Part shown: positions 17,768 to 28,158 of the stretch, piece by piece
Layout of the letters: every line of letters begins with the position of its first letter
How positions within the stretch are numbered: the first letter of the stretch is position 1
NCBI GenBank assembly: GCA_031550085.1
Contig: JAVBOY010000004.1
Location: forward strand, 306 to 64,305
Length of the DNA: 64,000 nt
Reading direction: 5' to 3'
Origin: Lentimicrobiaceae bacterium
GTDB taxonomy: Bacteria; Bacteroidota; Bacteroidia; Bacteroidales; UBA4417
The notes under the pieces: generated by a model
Database searches by the model: none
Told to the model about the DNA's origin: nothing
What the model saw: only the letters and a program-made list of their open reading frames with translations
Program-made: the position numbers and the translations under genes

Positions 17768-20365
17768 TTATTTCGCAACCACGACTTTTTGGGAAACTTT
17801 CTCGTGTTTGGATTTATACACGACCGTGTAAACGCCGTTGGGGATGGATCCCAGATTGATCGGGATTTCCTCGGATGTGACAATCCGGCGTTCGGGTGTT
17901 TTGTATATGGTTTTTCCATTCAAATCGAGTACGGTAATGGTGTAATCGGTTGGTTTTTGGATTTTTATTTTGCAACTGAAATGTCCCGGATTGGGATTGG
18001 GAAGAACCACAAACGTCGATTCTTTCAACGGCAACGGTTTCACCGCAACAATGCTGTTGATTTGCGATTCCCACAATCCCCGGCCGTACGAGCAAGCACG
18101 GATGGCATCATCCTTAAGGGTCGCTCCATAATAAAAATCGATTTCCCGGATATCAATATTTGTGGGCAATCCGTTGGAATATAACTCCCATCCGGTAGAA
18201 TCCGTTCCTTGCCAAACACCTGCCGATGTGGCTAAAAATAATCGAGAATCTTCCCCCCGGTTGTAAAACGAAATATCGTTGATATAAATATCCGCCAGAT
18301 TTTGGGTAATATCCGTCCAGGTAACTCCCTTATCGCTTGATTTAAAAACCTGGTTTCCCCCGACAACATAAACTATATTCGAATCAATCGGATGGGTTTC
18401 GATTCCATTGATCGTGCTGAGTGACACATTGGCGGATAAATTTTCCCAAACCGGACTGGCGATCATGGCATTCGGCGTACGGAACAAATTGCCGCCCCGG
18501 GATGCATACAACATCGAAGGGCTTGACATGGACGTCTTAAGCACATCCATTTTAGCGTACGTCCGGATATCCGGAGAGATGTTCGTCCATTGAGGAGAAT
18601 AGGCTTTGACATTATTACACCTCCAAACGCTGTTGTAACCGATGAACATCACATTCGGATTGGTTGGATGCAACGTGTATGGAGTTACCCAGTTTCCTTC
18701 TTCGTCGATACCGCCGACATTCATACCGGCAACCATCCCATCATCCATGTTATAGTGAGTCCGGGTGATCCGGCCGTAATAAATGCTATAATAGGCATAA
18801 CTTTCGTCACTATAATCAATGATGCACTCCATGCCATCTCCCCCGCCGGTTGCCAGCCAGGTACCGTCCTGGTAGGTATAGGTTCCATTATCCTGAAAAC
18901 CGGTAATGACCTGTTCTTTCGATTGTTTGCTTTGGCTTAATTTGTACATCTGTCCGATTACCATGCCTTCCGTACGATCCGTCCAAGAAGCGCCTCCGTC
19001 GGTCGAAAAATGAAGCCCGCCATCGGTGCAAGCCCACAGCGTTCCATTGGGGGCATATGCCAAATAATGCCAGTCCGCATGTACCTCTGCCACGCCACAG
19101 TCACCATACCAATGTGCGATAATGTCCCAGTTTTTCCCGGCATCTGACGACATCCAGCAATCAACGCCACCCACGTACACCAAATTGGTATCCGCAGGAT
19201 CCACCGCCAGAGCTAAATCGTACCAGCCTTGCCCGCCGCTGCCGTTTCCGTAGCATGTCCAGTCCAAGATGTTGGGAGAAGCAGATTTTCGCACAAAAGA
19301 ATCACCCTGATTGTACGATTTGTACACACCGCCATAGCTTTGGTCGGATCTTGAGAATAAAATATACACACAAGACGGATCTTTAGGCGATACGGCCAAT
19401 ATGCTCCGGGATGTCGATGTCGGGAAATTAGATTGGACTATTCTCGTAAAATTTTCCCCTCCATCGATCGAACGGTAAAACTGGCTTTTCAAAGATGCAT
19501 AAACCACATCAGGATTGGCCGGGTTAAAGCAAATATCTTTGCATTGCACGCTGGATGAATTGGTCCAGGTAAGTCCTCCGTCGATGCTTTTAAAGATCCC
19601 TTTGTCGCTGGTAGCAATAAGTGTCGTCGGAACAGAAGGATGCTGAAGCATATCGAATATTTGCGCCTCCCCGATTCCGGAACTGCTCTGAGCCCAGGTC
19701 AACCCGCCGTCGGTACTTTTGTAAACACCCATTCCCGGAGCATCGCCGGCATCCCGGTCTCCGGTTCCGATATAGATGTTGTTGGGATTGGAATAGTCAA
19801 CGATAATGGCTGAAACACCCAACGACTCCAACCGGTCGGTATGCGTTTCCCATGAGAACCCCAAATCATCGGACACCCACAAACCGCCCGAAGGAGAACC
19901 TACATAAATTTTTTGCGGGTTGGTCGGATGGAAAGCGATGGTATTCAGGCGTCCCAATCCTTGGTAACCCGGATAGTCGGGAACCCGGTCGGGGCCTAAG
20001 CAGGTCCAATTGCCGCCTTGTTCTTTTGTCGATTTTGCAGAATTTGCAAAATAAGCTTTCATGGCATGCGCCGTCGCATTTTTATCGGGTTTTACCCCGT
20101 CTTTCGAAACGCGCTGACGCATAATATATTCCCAACGTTTAAAGGATTTCCAACCCGTGCCTTTCGTCATTTCCCGGTCTTTCCAATACAAATCGAATGC
20201 CCGTTGCGTAGCAAAAAAATTGGCATCCGGATCTTGCATCATATCCACCCAATAAGGGGTGTTGGCCGTATCGTTTACTTGCTTGTCGTTGGCTACCGGG
20301 CTTTGTGCAAAGCTCAGTGCGGCGAAACAAAGTAAAAACAGGCTTAGTAAAATAGTGCTTTTCAT
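17768..20365 (-). CDS. T9SS-secreted BNR/Asp-box (VPS10-like) beta-propeller protein
   Basis: Signal peptide, many S.DGG.TW Asp-boxes, CTD VLPNPNPGHF..GVYTVVY..KVVVAK. Confidence 0.85.
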   Translation of the reverse strand: MKSTILLSLFLLCFAALSFAQSPVANDKQVNDTANTPYWVDMMQDPDANFFATQRAFDLYWKDREMTKGTGWKSFKRWEYIMRQRVSKDGVKPDKNATAHAMKAYFANSAKSTKEQGGNWTCLGPDRVPDYPGYQGLGRLNTIAFHPTNPQKIYVGSPSGGLWVSDDLGFSWETHTDRLESLGVSAIIVDYSNPNNIYIGTGDRDAGDAPGMGVYKSTDGGLTWAQSSSGIGEAQIFDMLQHPSVPTTLIATSDKGIFKSIDGGLTWTNSSSVQCKDICFNPANPDVVYASLKSQFYRSIDGGENFTRIVQSNFPTSTSRSILAVSPKDPSCVYILFSRSDQSYGGVYKSYNQGDSFVRKSASPNILDWTCYGNGSGGQGWYDLALAVDPADTNLVYVGGVDCWMSSDAGKNWDIIAHWYGDCGVAEVHADWHYLAYAPNGTLWACTDGGLHFSTDGGASWTDRTEGMVIGQMYKLSQSKQSKEQVITGFQDNGTYTYQDGTWLATGGGDGMECIIDYSDESYAYYSIYYGRITRTHYNMDDGMVAGMNVGGIDEEGNWVTPYTLHPTNPNVMFIGYNSVWRCNNVKAYSPQWTNISPDIRTYAKMDVLKTSMSSPSMLYASRGGNLFRTPNAMIASPVWENLSANVSLSTINGIETHPIDSNIVYVVGGNQVFKSSDKGVTWTDITQNLADIYINDISFYNRGEDSRLFLATSAGVWQGTDSTGWELYSNGLPTNIDIREIDFYYGATLKDDAIRACSYGRGLWESQINSIVAVKPLPLKESTFVVLPNPNPGHFSCKIKIQKPTDYTITVLDLNGKTIYKTPERRIVTSEEIPINLGSIPNGVYTVVYKSKHEKVSQKVVVAK

Positions 20366-20554
20366 AATTAAAATAATTGAAGGGTTTTTTCTGCGATAAA
20401 AGTAGACAAAATAATTTGTATAAAAAAACGTTAAAAAGACGATTTTGCGTCTGTTTCAATGTTTTTACAGTTCATTTCTTACGTAAATCATATTTGTACC
20501 TTATTTTTGTTCTATCGTTTTCCATCGTTTTTATTTGACTTTTTATCCTGATTT

Positions 20555-21598
20555 ATGCAAAGTTCCCGACAAGAAATCAGCTATATCAACAGCATGAAAG
20601 CCATCGGCATGTTTTTGGTGGCCTTTGCCCACCTGGAAGTTCCCGCACTTTCTTCGCTGTTTATCAATAGCTTCAGCATGCCTTTGTTTTTTGCCGTTTC
20701 CGGTTTTTTGATTTCAACGAAAACGTATTCCTTCAAAACATTTCTGGGTAAAAAGGCGAAAACGCTTTTGATTCCTTATGTTTTCTTTGCGTCGGTGACC
20801 TTTTGTTTCTGGTTCTTTTTGGAACGGAAGTTTGGAAATGTGCCTTCGGATGTTCCTGTAACAAACTATTTGACCGGCATTGCCTTAGCCATTCCGGACA
20901 AGGCTTATTTAGGGTTCAACATTCCCATCTGGTTTTTGCCTTCGCTTTTTTGTGCCGAAATATTGTTTTTCCTTATCCACAAGTATCTTGGCAAGTATTC
21001 GATTGCCATCTGTGTCGTTTTTTTCGGAATCGGCATGGCGCTCAAGGCCTGGCTTCCGTTCCGTCTACCTTACGGACTGGATGTGGCCTGTTTCGCCTTG
21101 ATTTTTTTAGAAACGGGGTATTTCTTGCAAACCAAAAACAGCATTCAAAAATATATTTCCGGCCGCCCGTGGGCCGCCAATCTTTTTTACGGTTTGGCAT
21201 TCGCCGCGGTCACCTTTATCGTGGCATCCCTGAACGACGAAAACGGGCATGTGAACATGTATTTGTGTTCGTTCAACAACTACTTGCTATTCCTTGTAAC
21301 GGCCTTTGCCGGTGTGTTTAGCCTGTTTTTCCTGGGGAATTGCATTCCGAAAAACAAAATCAGCGATTTTTTCGGACGAAATACCCTGGTAATTTTAGGC
21401 TTTCACCTGATGATGTTCAGCCTGATCAAAGGCGTTTTGCATTTCCTGTTCAAAATGGATTTATCAATATTTTTCGACGCATTCTTTTTAAATTTGGCGT
21501 TAAATATCGCGGCCTTTATCTTGTTTATTCCGGTCATTATCGGACTCAACCGCTATGTACCGTTCCTGTTGGGACGCCCTTATAAAGCACGATCATGA
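20555..21598 (+). CDS. Acyltransferase family 3 (OafA-like membrane O-acyltransferase)
   Basis: KAIGMFLVAFAH, FSMPLFFAVSGF, WFLPSLF motifs; about 10 TM segments. Confidence 0.85.
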   Translation: MQSSRQEISYINSMKAIGMFLVAFAHLEVPALSSLFINSFSMPLFFAVSGFLISTKTYSFKTFLGKKAKTLLIPYVFFASVTFCFWFFLERKFGNVPSDVPVTNYLTGIALAIPDKAYLGFNIPIWFLPSLFCAEILFFLIHKYLGKYSIAICVVFFGIGMALKAWLPFRLPYGLDVACFALIFLETGYFLQTKNSIQKYISGRPWAANLFYGLAFAAVTFIVASLNDENGHVNMYLCSFNNYLLFLVTAFAGVFSLFFLGNCIPKNKISDFFGRNTLVILGFHLMMFSLIKGVLHFLFKMDLSIFFDAFFLNLALNIAAFILFIPVIIGLNRYVPFLLGRPYKARS

Positions 21599-23112
21599 AA
21601 ATCAAGCATATCCGTTACCCGCTTTTTGTACTTATTTCGAGCTTGTTTATCGGCCTGCTCAGTTCCAGTGATTTTATCACGACGCCGACCAAGACCGTGA
21701 AAGATATTTTCATTCTGGGAAGCCAATGGTTTATTATTTTCATCCATGTGGTCGCGTTGGTTTACCTGCTGTCAGTTAACAAGTTTGTGTATGCCGTGAC
21801 ATTTCCGCTGCTGAGTTTCTTTTGCGCCGTTCTGGCCTATTTCCGGTATACCATGAATGCGGTTTTTTCTTCTATGATCTTTGAAGCGGCCATCGACAAC
21901 GACACGCAGGTAACTACCCAGCTGATTACCTGGCAATTGGTTTGTTTCGTTTTGATTTGCGTGCTTGTTTCTGCCTTTTTTGTGTGGTACCGGTTCAAAA
22001 AGATCAAAGTTTCCAAAGGGCTTTTACAAGCGGTTATTGCCATAGCCGTCCTGGGAGGATTGTTGTGCATCCAAAGTTTTCGCCGCCCCGTTTCCGAACG
22101 GATTCCTTTCAACCTGTATTTTATTCCTAAACGCTATTTTGACGAGCGCACCATCATCAATACGCAACGGCCTCCGATTTCGGAAGGAGCCGAATACACC
22201 GCGCCCAATGACAGTTTAATTGTGGTTTTTGTACTGGGCGAATCGTTGCGTGCCGATCATCTGGCCTTCAACGGGTATCACCGGAATACAACGCCTTGCC
22301 TTTCGAAGGAAGACATTGTGTCGCTTCCGAATGTCTACTGTATTCAAACGTATACCAACAGCAGCCTTCCCTACATTCTGACGCGCGCCGACAGCCTGCA
22401 TCCGGAACGGGGCTACGAAGAGCGTTCTTTCATCGACTTGTTCAACGCTTGCGGGTTTTACACGGCCTGGCTGGCTAATCAGGAATCGGCCAACAGCTAT
22501 GTGTATTTTATGCACGAATGCGATACCCTGAAATACCTGAATGCCGACAAATCTCCTTATACTTTCGATAAATGGGTGGATGGCTCCATGTTTCCTGCTT
22601 ATGAGGCTCTTTTAAGACAGCCTTCACCCCGGAAAATGATTGTTTTGCATACCATCGGGTCGCATTGGTACTACAATTCGCATTTCACTGAGGATTTTCA
22701 GCGTTTCAACCCTATTACCAACAGCCGGATTATTTCCTCAAACACCACCGAAGAAATGATCAATTCGTACGACAATACGGTGCTTTATACCGATTCTTTC
22801 ATTCACCGTTTGATTGAAAAAATCCGTTCCCAAAATGCGATCCTGATTTACCTGTCCGACCACGGGGAAAGTTTGGGCGAAAACGGGAATTGGCTTCATG
22901 CCCTCGACGATACGCCGGTTCATTACCCGGCGGCATTTGTATGGATGTCGGACACGTACAAAAGCAAGTATCCGGAAAAGTACGAAATACTGAACCAGAA
23001 CCGCTTCCATTATTACAATACCGATTTTCTTTTCCATTCCATCCTGGATGCAGCCCATATTGAAACGCCCGTTTTAGAGGAAGGGAAAAGCGTCTTTCAA
23101 TTAAGGAAATAG
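21595..23112 (+). CDS. Phosphoethanolamine transferase (EptA/alkaline-phosphatase superfamily)
   Basis: N-terminal TMs; VLGESLRADH, T nucleophile in TYTNSSLP, HTIGSHWYY, YDNTVLYTD, YLSDHGESLGE; ATGA overlap with the upstream gene. Confidence 0.88.
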   Translation: MKIKHIRYPLFVLISSLFIGLLSSSDFITTPTKTVKDIFILGSQWFIIFIHVVALVYLLSVNKFVYAVTFPLLSFFCAVLAYFRYTMNAVFSSMIFEAAIDNDTQVTTQLITWQLVCFVLICVLVSAFFVWYRFKKIKVSKGLLQAVIAIAVLGGLLCIQSFRRPVSERIPFNLYFIPKRYFDERTIINTQRPPISEGAEYTAPNDSLIVVFVLGESLRADHLAFNGYHRNTTPCLSKEDIVSLPNVYCIQTYTNSSLPYILTRADSLHPERGYEERSFIDLFNACGFYTAWLANQESANSYVYFMHECDTLKYLNADKSPYTFDKWVDGSMFPAYEALLRQPSPRKMIVLHTIGSHWYYNSHFTEDFQRFNPITNSRIISSNTTEEMINSYDNTVLYTDSFIHRLIEKIRSQNAILIYLSDHGESLGENGNWLHALDDTPVHYPAAFVWMSDTYKSKYPEKYEILNQNRFHYYNTDFLFHSILDAAHIETPVLEEGKSVFQLRK

Positions 23113-23172
23113 AACCGGTTAAGTGCGGACATGGATTTCCGTCCGCCATTCGATTTTTCCGATACCAGGCGT

Positions 23173-23685
23173 TTAGGAGCCTTGCCGGATCAGCTTTTGT
23201 TTGATTTGCTCCAAGAGTAAAAATACGGCAGGACAAGTACTGCAATTCCGTTGCATGATATCGAGAATCTGGTGCATGCGGCGGCGGTCGGTATGCGGAT
23301 ATTCACGGCAGGCTTTGGGCCGGGATTCATAAATGGTACACTGATTTTCCGGATCCAGAAACGGACACGGCATCGTGCGGAACACATAATCCCCCTCTTC
23401 ATCCTGCCGGAAGTATTTTTCGAACAGAACAGACGGTTTCTGTTTCAGGTATTTTGCGATCCGGCCAACGTCCGTATCAGTCACCCTCGGCCCCAATGTG
23501 CGGCAGCAATTTGCGCAACTCAAACAATCATAGGTTTCAAAAACTTTCTCATGAGCCTCGTGAAACCAATCGTCCAACAGATGATTGTCGATCTTTTTCA
23601 ACTTCTTAAAAAGCAACTGAAGTTCGGCCCTGTTTGCTGTAGCCAACTTTGCTATATTTTCTGCGGTAACTTTATGCATATCCAT
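23173..23685 (-). CDS. YkgJ family CxxCxxCC cysteine-cluster protein
   Basis: CLSCANCC, PCPFL...CTIYESRPKACREYP; ATG 23685 preferred over GTG 23700. Confidence 0.85.
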   Translation of the reverse strand: MDMHKVTAENIAKLATANRAELQLLFKKLKKIDNHLLDDWFHEAHEKVFETYDCLSCANCCRTLGPRVTDTDVGRIAKYLKQKPSVLFEKYFRQDEEGDYVFRTMPCPFLDPENQCTIYESRPKACREYPHTDRRRMHQILDIMQRNCSTCPAVFLLLEQIKQKLIRQGS

Positions 23686-23692
23686 TAGCCAC

Positions 23693-23720
23693 TCTCCCAC
23701 TCTCCCTAAGGGGGAGAGAA
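23693..23720. repeat. REP-like palindrome CTCTCCC..GGGAGAG
   Basis: Hairpin; same layout as the copies at 32750-32785 and 50065-50093. Confidence 0.55.
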
Positions 23721-23736
23721 TTCAAATTCATTTTTC

Positions 23737-23870
23737 GTTCGGCAGCAGGTTACACCTGCGCCGCAATATTCAAACTGTTTTCATACAACTTTTACAGGCA
23801 AAGCCTGACTTTCATTGATAGCAACGGGGTGATGCTTCCACCCTTCCGAACAGGAACATCATTTTATGGG
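23737..23870 (-). ncRNA. Candidate structured leader RNA or sRNA, family unknown
   Basis: Promoter box at 23876-23883; closing stem GTTCGG/CCGAAC with three internal hairpins; about 185-nt leader before ykgJ. Confidence 0.35.
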
Positions 23871-23875
23871 ATCGG

Positions 23876-23883
23876 CAAATGTA
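23876..23883 (-). promoter_or_regulatory. -7 promoter box TACATTTG
   Basis: Perfect TAnnTTTG on the minus strand. Confidence 0.55.
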
Positions 23884-24104
23884 AACTTTTATCAAGGAAT
23901 ATAAAACGTTATTGGTTTTTCAAAAAAATACAATAAAAAAGATAACACACAATCACTTACAAAATTTCCAAAAAATAAAAAGCAGCCAATTTTATCGGAA
24001 GATCAACACCACTTTGCGGTATTTTTTCATTTTATCCTAATCGTTATGTGGTATTTTACTGTTTTTTTTAATCAATTGATTTTTGCTTTTCAGCACCGAA
24101 TTAG

Positions 24105-24112
24105 TAATTTTG
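24105..24112 (+). promoter_or_regulatory. -7 promoter box TAATTTTG for mtgA
   Basis: Perfect TAnnTTTG about 35 nt before the GTG start. Confidence 0.65.
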
Positions 24113-24146
24113 CACTTTCTTTTTACCCAATTAACCTTACCCGTTC

Positions 24147-24875
24147 GTGAGTAAACCCCAAAACCGGACTTTTTTCAAAAAGTGTTTGCGGATCCTGATG
24201 GTATCCGTTATCGGTTTTTTTGTATCCACCATCGCGGTGACCGTTCTCTACCGTTGGGTAAACCCGTTTGCCACACCTTTGATGCTGATCCGGATTGTCG
24301 ACCAGGTAGCTGCTGGTAAAAAGCCCGGTATGGATTACCGTTGGCGGGATTTGGATCAAATATCATCCAATTTGCAGTTATGTGTAATCGCCTCGGAAGA
24401 CAACCTGTTTGAATCGCATAATGGCATCGATATGAAAGCCATTGAGAAAGCCCAAAAAAGCAACGAAAAAGGAAAGAAATTACGCGGCGGAAGCACCATT
24501 TCACAACAAACAGCCAAGAATGTTTTTTTAACGCCCTCGCGAACCTGGTTGAGGAAAGGGCTGGAATTGTATTTTACCGGCCTGATCGAACTGTTTTGGG
24601 GCAAAGAGCGGATCATGGAGGTGTATTTGAATGTCATCGAAATGGGGGATGGAATTTATGGGGCTGAAGCGGCTTCGCAAACCTACTACAAGAAAAAGGC
24701 AAGCCAACTGAGCCGCGCCGAAGCAGCAGGAATTGCCGCTATTTTGCCGTCGCCGCGCCGTTGGCATCCGACCAAGTCAAGCAATTACATCCAGGGACGA
24801 AAAAGCCGCATCATCCAGAACTCGAATAATATCAATTATCCTGATTGGTTAAAAGAGAAAAAGGTAAAAAACTAA
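24147..24875 (+). CDS. mtgA: Monofunctional peptidoglycan transglycosylase
   Basis: GT51 motifs SEDNLFESHNG, RGGSTISQQTAKN, RKGLE, EVYLNVIEMG; no transpeptidase domain. Confidence 0.93.
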   Translation: MSKPQNRTFFKKCLRILMVSVIGFFVSTIAVTVLYRWVNPFATPLMLIRIVDQVAAGKKPGMDYRWRDLDQISSNLQLCVIASEDNLFESHNGIDMKAIEKAQKSNEKGKKLRGGSTISQQTAKNVFLTPSRTWLRKGLELYFTGLIELFWGKERIMEVYLNVIEMGDGIYGAEAASQTYYKKKASQLSRAEAAGIAAILPSPRRWHPTKSSNYIQGRKSRIIQNSNNINYPDWLKEKKVKN

Positions 24876-25594
24876 GTTTTCAGCAATTCTGCCAGCACTT
24901 TGTGCGATTTCATTTCACCCATAGACGGCAAATGCAATTTAAAATAGGCCAGCAACAGTTCGAGCAATTGTTGCCGCAAAGGGTATGATAAATTATGCGA
25001 CTGATCCGGTTTTCCTTCCAACAGTAGTGCAAAAAATTTCGATAACCCTTCGGATACATAATACGGATGATCGGGAAGCGATTCTACAAAACGGCCGTCC
25101 TGCATGTTGAAAATGGAATTGCGTTTCGAAAAATTATTATGCGGCATAAATCCGTATTCTTCCGCCAGGTTGATCATGAAGTACAAATGAAAATCGGCCA
25201 CATTGATTTCTTCGGAATCCAGTTCGAAAACGGTATTCCATAAAAAATGAAAAAGTTTGGGATCGGGCGCTTCATTTTGGATGGTTTTGTACAACAGCTC
25301 ATCGATAAACAATGCCAGCGTCGTTTTGCGGATATCAACACCAATCCCCGTTAATTGTTGGTAACAGCTTATTTCTTTTGCGACATGCAGCACAGAGGTG
25401 TTTTTCGGATGGGTAACAACCTCAACCAGCGAAAGCGGACTAAACAGGTTTTGTTTTACCGCCGGATTTTTTTTCCGGACACCTTTTACCAAATAGGATT
25501 GCAATCCGAACAATTCGGTATATATCTTTACAATAAGGCTTGTTTCGGAGTATTTTAGCTGATGCAGTACAATACCGCGGGTGGTAGCAAGCAT
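24872..25594 (-). CDS. recO: DNA repair protein RecO
   Basis: RGIVLHQLKYSETSLIVKIYTELFG; typical position downstream of porZ. Confidence 0.92.
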   Translation of the reverse strand: MLATTRGIVLHQLKYSETSLIVKIYTELFGLQSYLVKGVRKKNPAVKQNLFSPLSLVEVVTHPKNTSVLHVAKEISCYQQLTGIGVDIRKTTLALFIDELLYKTIQNEAPDPKLFHFLWNTVFELDSEEINVADFHLYFMINLAEEYGFMPHNNFSKRNSIFNMQDGRFVESLPDHPYYVSEGLSKFFALLLEGKPDQSHNLSYPLRQQLLELLLAYFKLHLPSMGEMKSHKVLAELLKT

Positions 25595-25647
25595 TGATTT
25601 ACCTTACGATTAAAGGGTATTTTGAGAATTCAAAAGCACTCAATGTA

Positions 25648-28047
25648 TTACTTAATAAACAACACCTTCGCTGTTTTCCGCTGTTCCCCGTTGGGATCCG
25701 TAGCAAAAATCAAATACACACCTGTAGAAACCCGGTCGCCGTTAAAATTGGTTCCGTCCCATTGGGCTTGACCGCCCGAAACCCGGATTTCTTTCACCAA
25801 TGTTCCGGAAATCGTTGTGATCTTGATGTTCGAATTTTGTACCAACCCCCGGATATAAACGTCGCCACGGTAGGTTTCCCGAACCGGATTGGGATATACG
25901 ATTAAACTATCATACGTAGGCGATGGGGGAATTTTGTAATCCCTGAAAGCCACAATACCTTCCGAGGTAGCAAAATAAATCATGCCGTCGCTGTCAATTT
26001 TTATGCTGTTGACGCTATTGGAAAGCAAAGGGGAATTTTCAGCTGTAAAATGGTAAACTTGTTTACTTCCATCCTCCGACATCAAATAAACGCCCGATTT
26101 TTCGGTACCGAACCATTTTTCATTATCGCCATTCACGGCAATCGCCTGAACCCGTTCGCCATCAAGCAATGTATGGAGGAAGCCGTCTTCTTCGACCTGA
26201 ACCGGCTGTGCATCCGCCCGGATCGAATCGGTCGTGAAGACACTTTCGGGTGAATAAATCACATACACTCCTTTGTTGCTCCCCAGCCATATTTGCCCGC
26301 TTTGATCCAGCGCCATCGTCGAAATCGGACTATCGGGCAAATTGCCGTACCCCACTCCGATCGTATACATCTTCATTTTATCATCCGTTTTGTTGGGGAT
26401 GGTTCCGTTTTCCGAAAACACCAGGATTCCCCGCTTGTTTTCCCGGAGTTCAACCCATTTCTGATTGGCCTGGTCAATGATAATATTCCCGATGTCGGTC
26501 ATTCTCAGGCCGATCTTTCCAAAATCGAACGACGTCCAGGCGCCCGAAAGTGTCTTTACGGATAAAGAATTGGTTGCCAAACGATTGCTTGCCCACAAAT
26601 TCCGGTCCGAATCAAAAGCGACTCCGGCAACAAACGTACAGGTGTCTTTCCCTACAACATAATATTGCAACGAACTGTTTTCCCAATCGTATTGTTTCAC
26701 AATTTGGCCGTTGTTGCACTCAAAAATCCCGCGACTATACGTTGCCACAAGAGCATGAGTAGGATTATTCGGCTCAATCGCTACGGCCAACAAATCGGTA
26801 ACGCCATCCAATATCGGGTAATTTTGTTTTGAAAACTGCTTCCACGAGGAATTTGAATAGCAGTTGAATTCAGCTTGGTTGTAGAGCGGGACATAAGAGA
26901 TATTTTTACCTCCGGCAACCGTCCACAAGGTTTTTCCGCTTACCTCCATAGCATATACCTTTGTGGACAAAGGTCCGTTGATCAGGTATTGTGTCCCTGT
27001 TTTTTCAAGATTTGAAGCATTCGATGCATCCAAGCGCCAAAGCCCTTTGTTGTAATCGGCAATCCAAAGATTTTGATCGGAATCGAGATATGCATCACGC
27101 GTCCAAATGGTATTTCCATCCGGCTCCACCGGATCGGGGCGGTTGTACGAATAAAAAGAATACTTGAAATTTCCATTGGCATCGAACACCTCTCCGCCAA
27201 ACATATCACTGATCACCAAAAGATTACCGCAAACCCGTAAATTTTGGCAGAGCGATTTAAAGTTTCCGCGAAACTGCGTCCAGGTATCGCCGGATTTTGC
27301 AAAAAGCCGGTCCTGGTCATAGACTCCGTTTGTGTAATTCGCCACGATCTTTCCGCCAAAAGACACAATGAAATTATAGGTTGAATCCGCATATTGAAGC
27401 CCGGTTTCTTTTTCCCAATTGGCAAAATACGCCAAATTGGAATTAGCATTCGCTTTCAAGATGCCTTCATCTGTGGCAGCGTAAAACATATTGGTCGCTT
27501 CGTCAAACGCCAAATCGTTTACGTTGATTTGTGCGCCGTTGGGGCCGATAAAATAAGTATCTTTGGTTTCCTCCTTATCCAGATCGATGACCACAATTCC
27601 AAAACCGCAAAGCAAGTAAGCATATTTATCTTTCAAAAAAATCCGGTTGATTATTTTGTTGCCCATCATGTCCTTGATTTTGATATCAGGAATATTTACG
27701 ACCGTATTCCCTTTAATCAAATCGATATTTGAGTTCGTGTAGGCTACCACCAACGTTTGCGAGGAGTTGCTGTAAGCGATATCGCTGATTCCGATATCGG
27801 AAAGCATCAGGTTCGGAGTCGCTTTGTTGATACGGTTGTTAAAACTATGGTCACTTTTGTCGTAATAGAAAATCCCATAATCGGTGGCGCAATACACTTT
27901 ATCATTGCCCAACGCTAATACATTGGTCCGGTGATACGGCAAATGGTCGATCCATTGTCCGGTACGGGATGTTTGCGCAAGCAACGGATTACCAAAAATT
28001 GAAAGAATTCCTAAAAGAAAGAAAGTGTAAAAACGTGTGGATATCAT
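25648..28047 (-). CDS. porZ: T9SS component PorZ (two beta-propellers plus CTD)
   Basis: WIDHLPY N-terminus, Reg_prop-like repeats (NEKWFGT, QIWLGS), CTD VYPNPVRETY..WDG..GVYL; adjacent to recO. Confidence 0.8.
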   Translation of the reverse strand: MISTRFYTFFLLGILSIFGNPLLAQTSRTGQWIDHLPYHRTNVLALGNDKVYCATDYGIFYYDKSDHSFNNRINKATPNLMLSDIGISDIAYSNSSQTLVVAYTNSNIDLIKGNTVVNIPDIKIKDMMGNKIINRIFLKDKYAYLLCGFGIVVIDLDKEETKDTYFIGPNGAQINVNDLAFDEATNMFYAATDEGILKANANSNLAYFANWEKETGLQYADSTYNFIVSFGGKIVANYTNGVYDQDRLFAKSGDTWTQFRGNFKSLCQNLRVCGNLLVISDMFGGEVFDANGNFKYSFYSYNRPDPVEPDGNTIWTRDAYLDSDQNLWIADYNKGLWRLDASNASNLEKTGTQYLINGPLSTKVYAMEVSGKTLWTVAGGKNISYVPLYNQAEFNCYSNSSWKQFSKQNYPILDGVTDLLAVAIEPNNPTHALVATYSRGIFECNNGQIVKQYDWENSSLQYYVVGKDTCTFVAGVAFDSDRNLWASNRLATNSLSVKTLSGAWTSFDFGKIGLRMTDIGNIIIDQANQKWVELRENKRGILVFSENGTIPNKTDDKMKMYTIGVGYGNLPDSPISTMALDQSGQIWLGSNKGVYVIYSPESVFTTDSIRADAQPVQVEEDGFLHTLLDGERVQAIAVNGDNEKWFGTEKSGVYLMSEDGSKQVYHFTAENSPLLSNSVNSIKIDSDGMIYFATSEGIVAFRDYKIPPSPTYDSLIVYPNPVRETYRGDVYIRGLVQNSNIKITTISGTLVKEIRVSGGQAQWDGTNFNGDRVSTGVYLIFATDPNGEQRKTAKVLFIK

Positions 28048-28158
28048 GTATTCTTTTTTTATGACTAAAAAACTCGAAAACAACCGTTTTATTGCTTAAC
28101 AAATAAAAATATAAACCAAAGATCGCAATACTTTTACTCCTTTGGATAACACTTCGGC

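Noticed and set aside
23737-23870. Assignment of the structured leader to SRP RNA, 6S RNA, SAM-I, cobalamin or c-di-GMP riboswitch
   Set aside because: Only short partial word matches; the conserved cores and the usual 6S gene context are absent.
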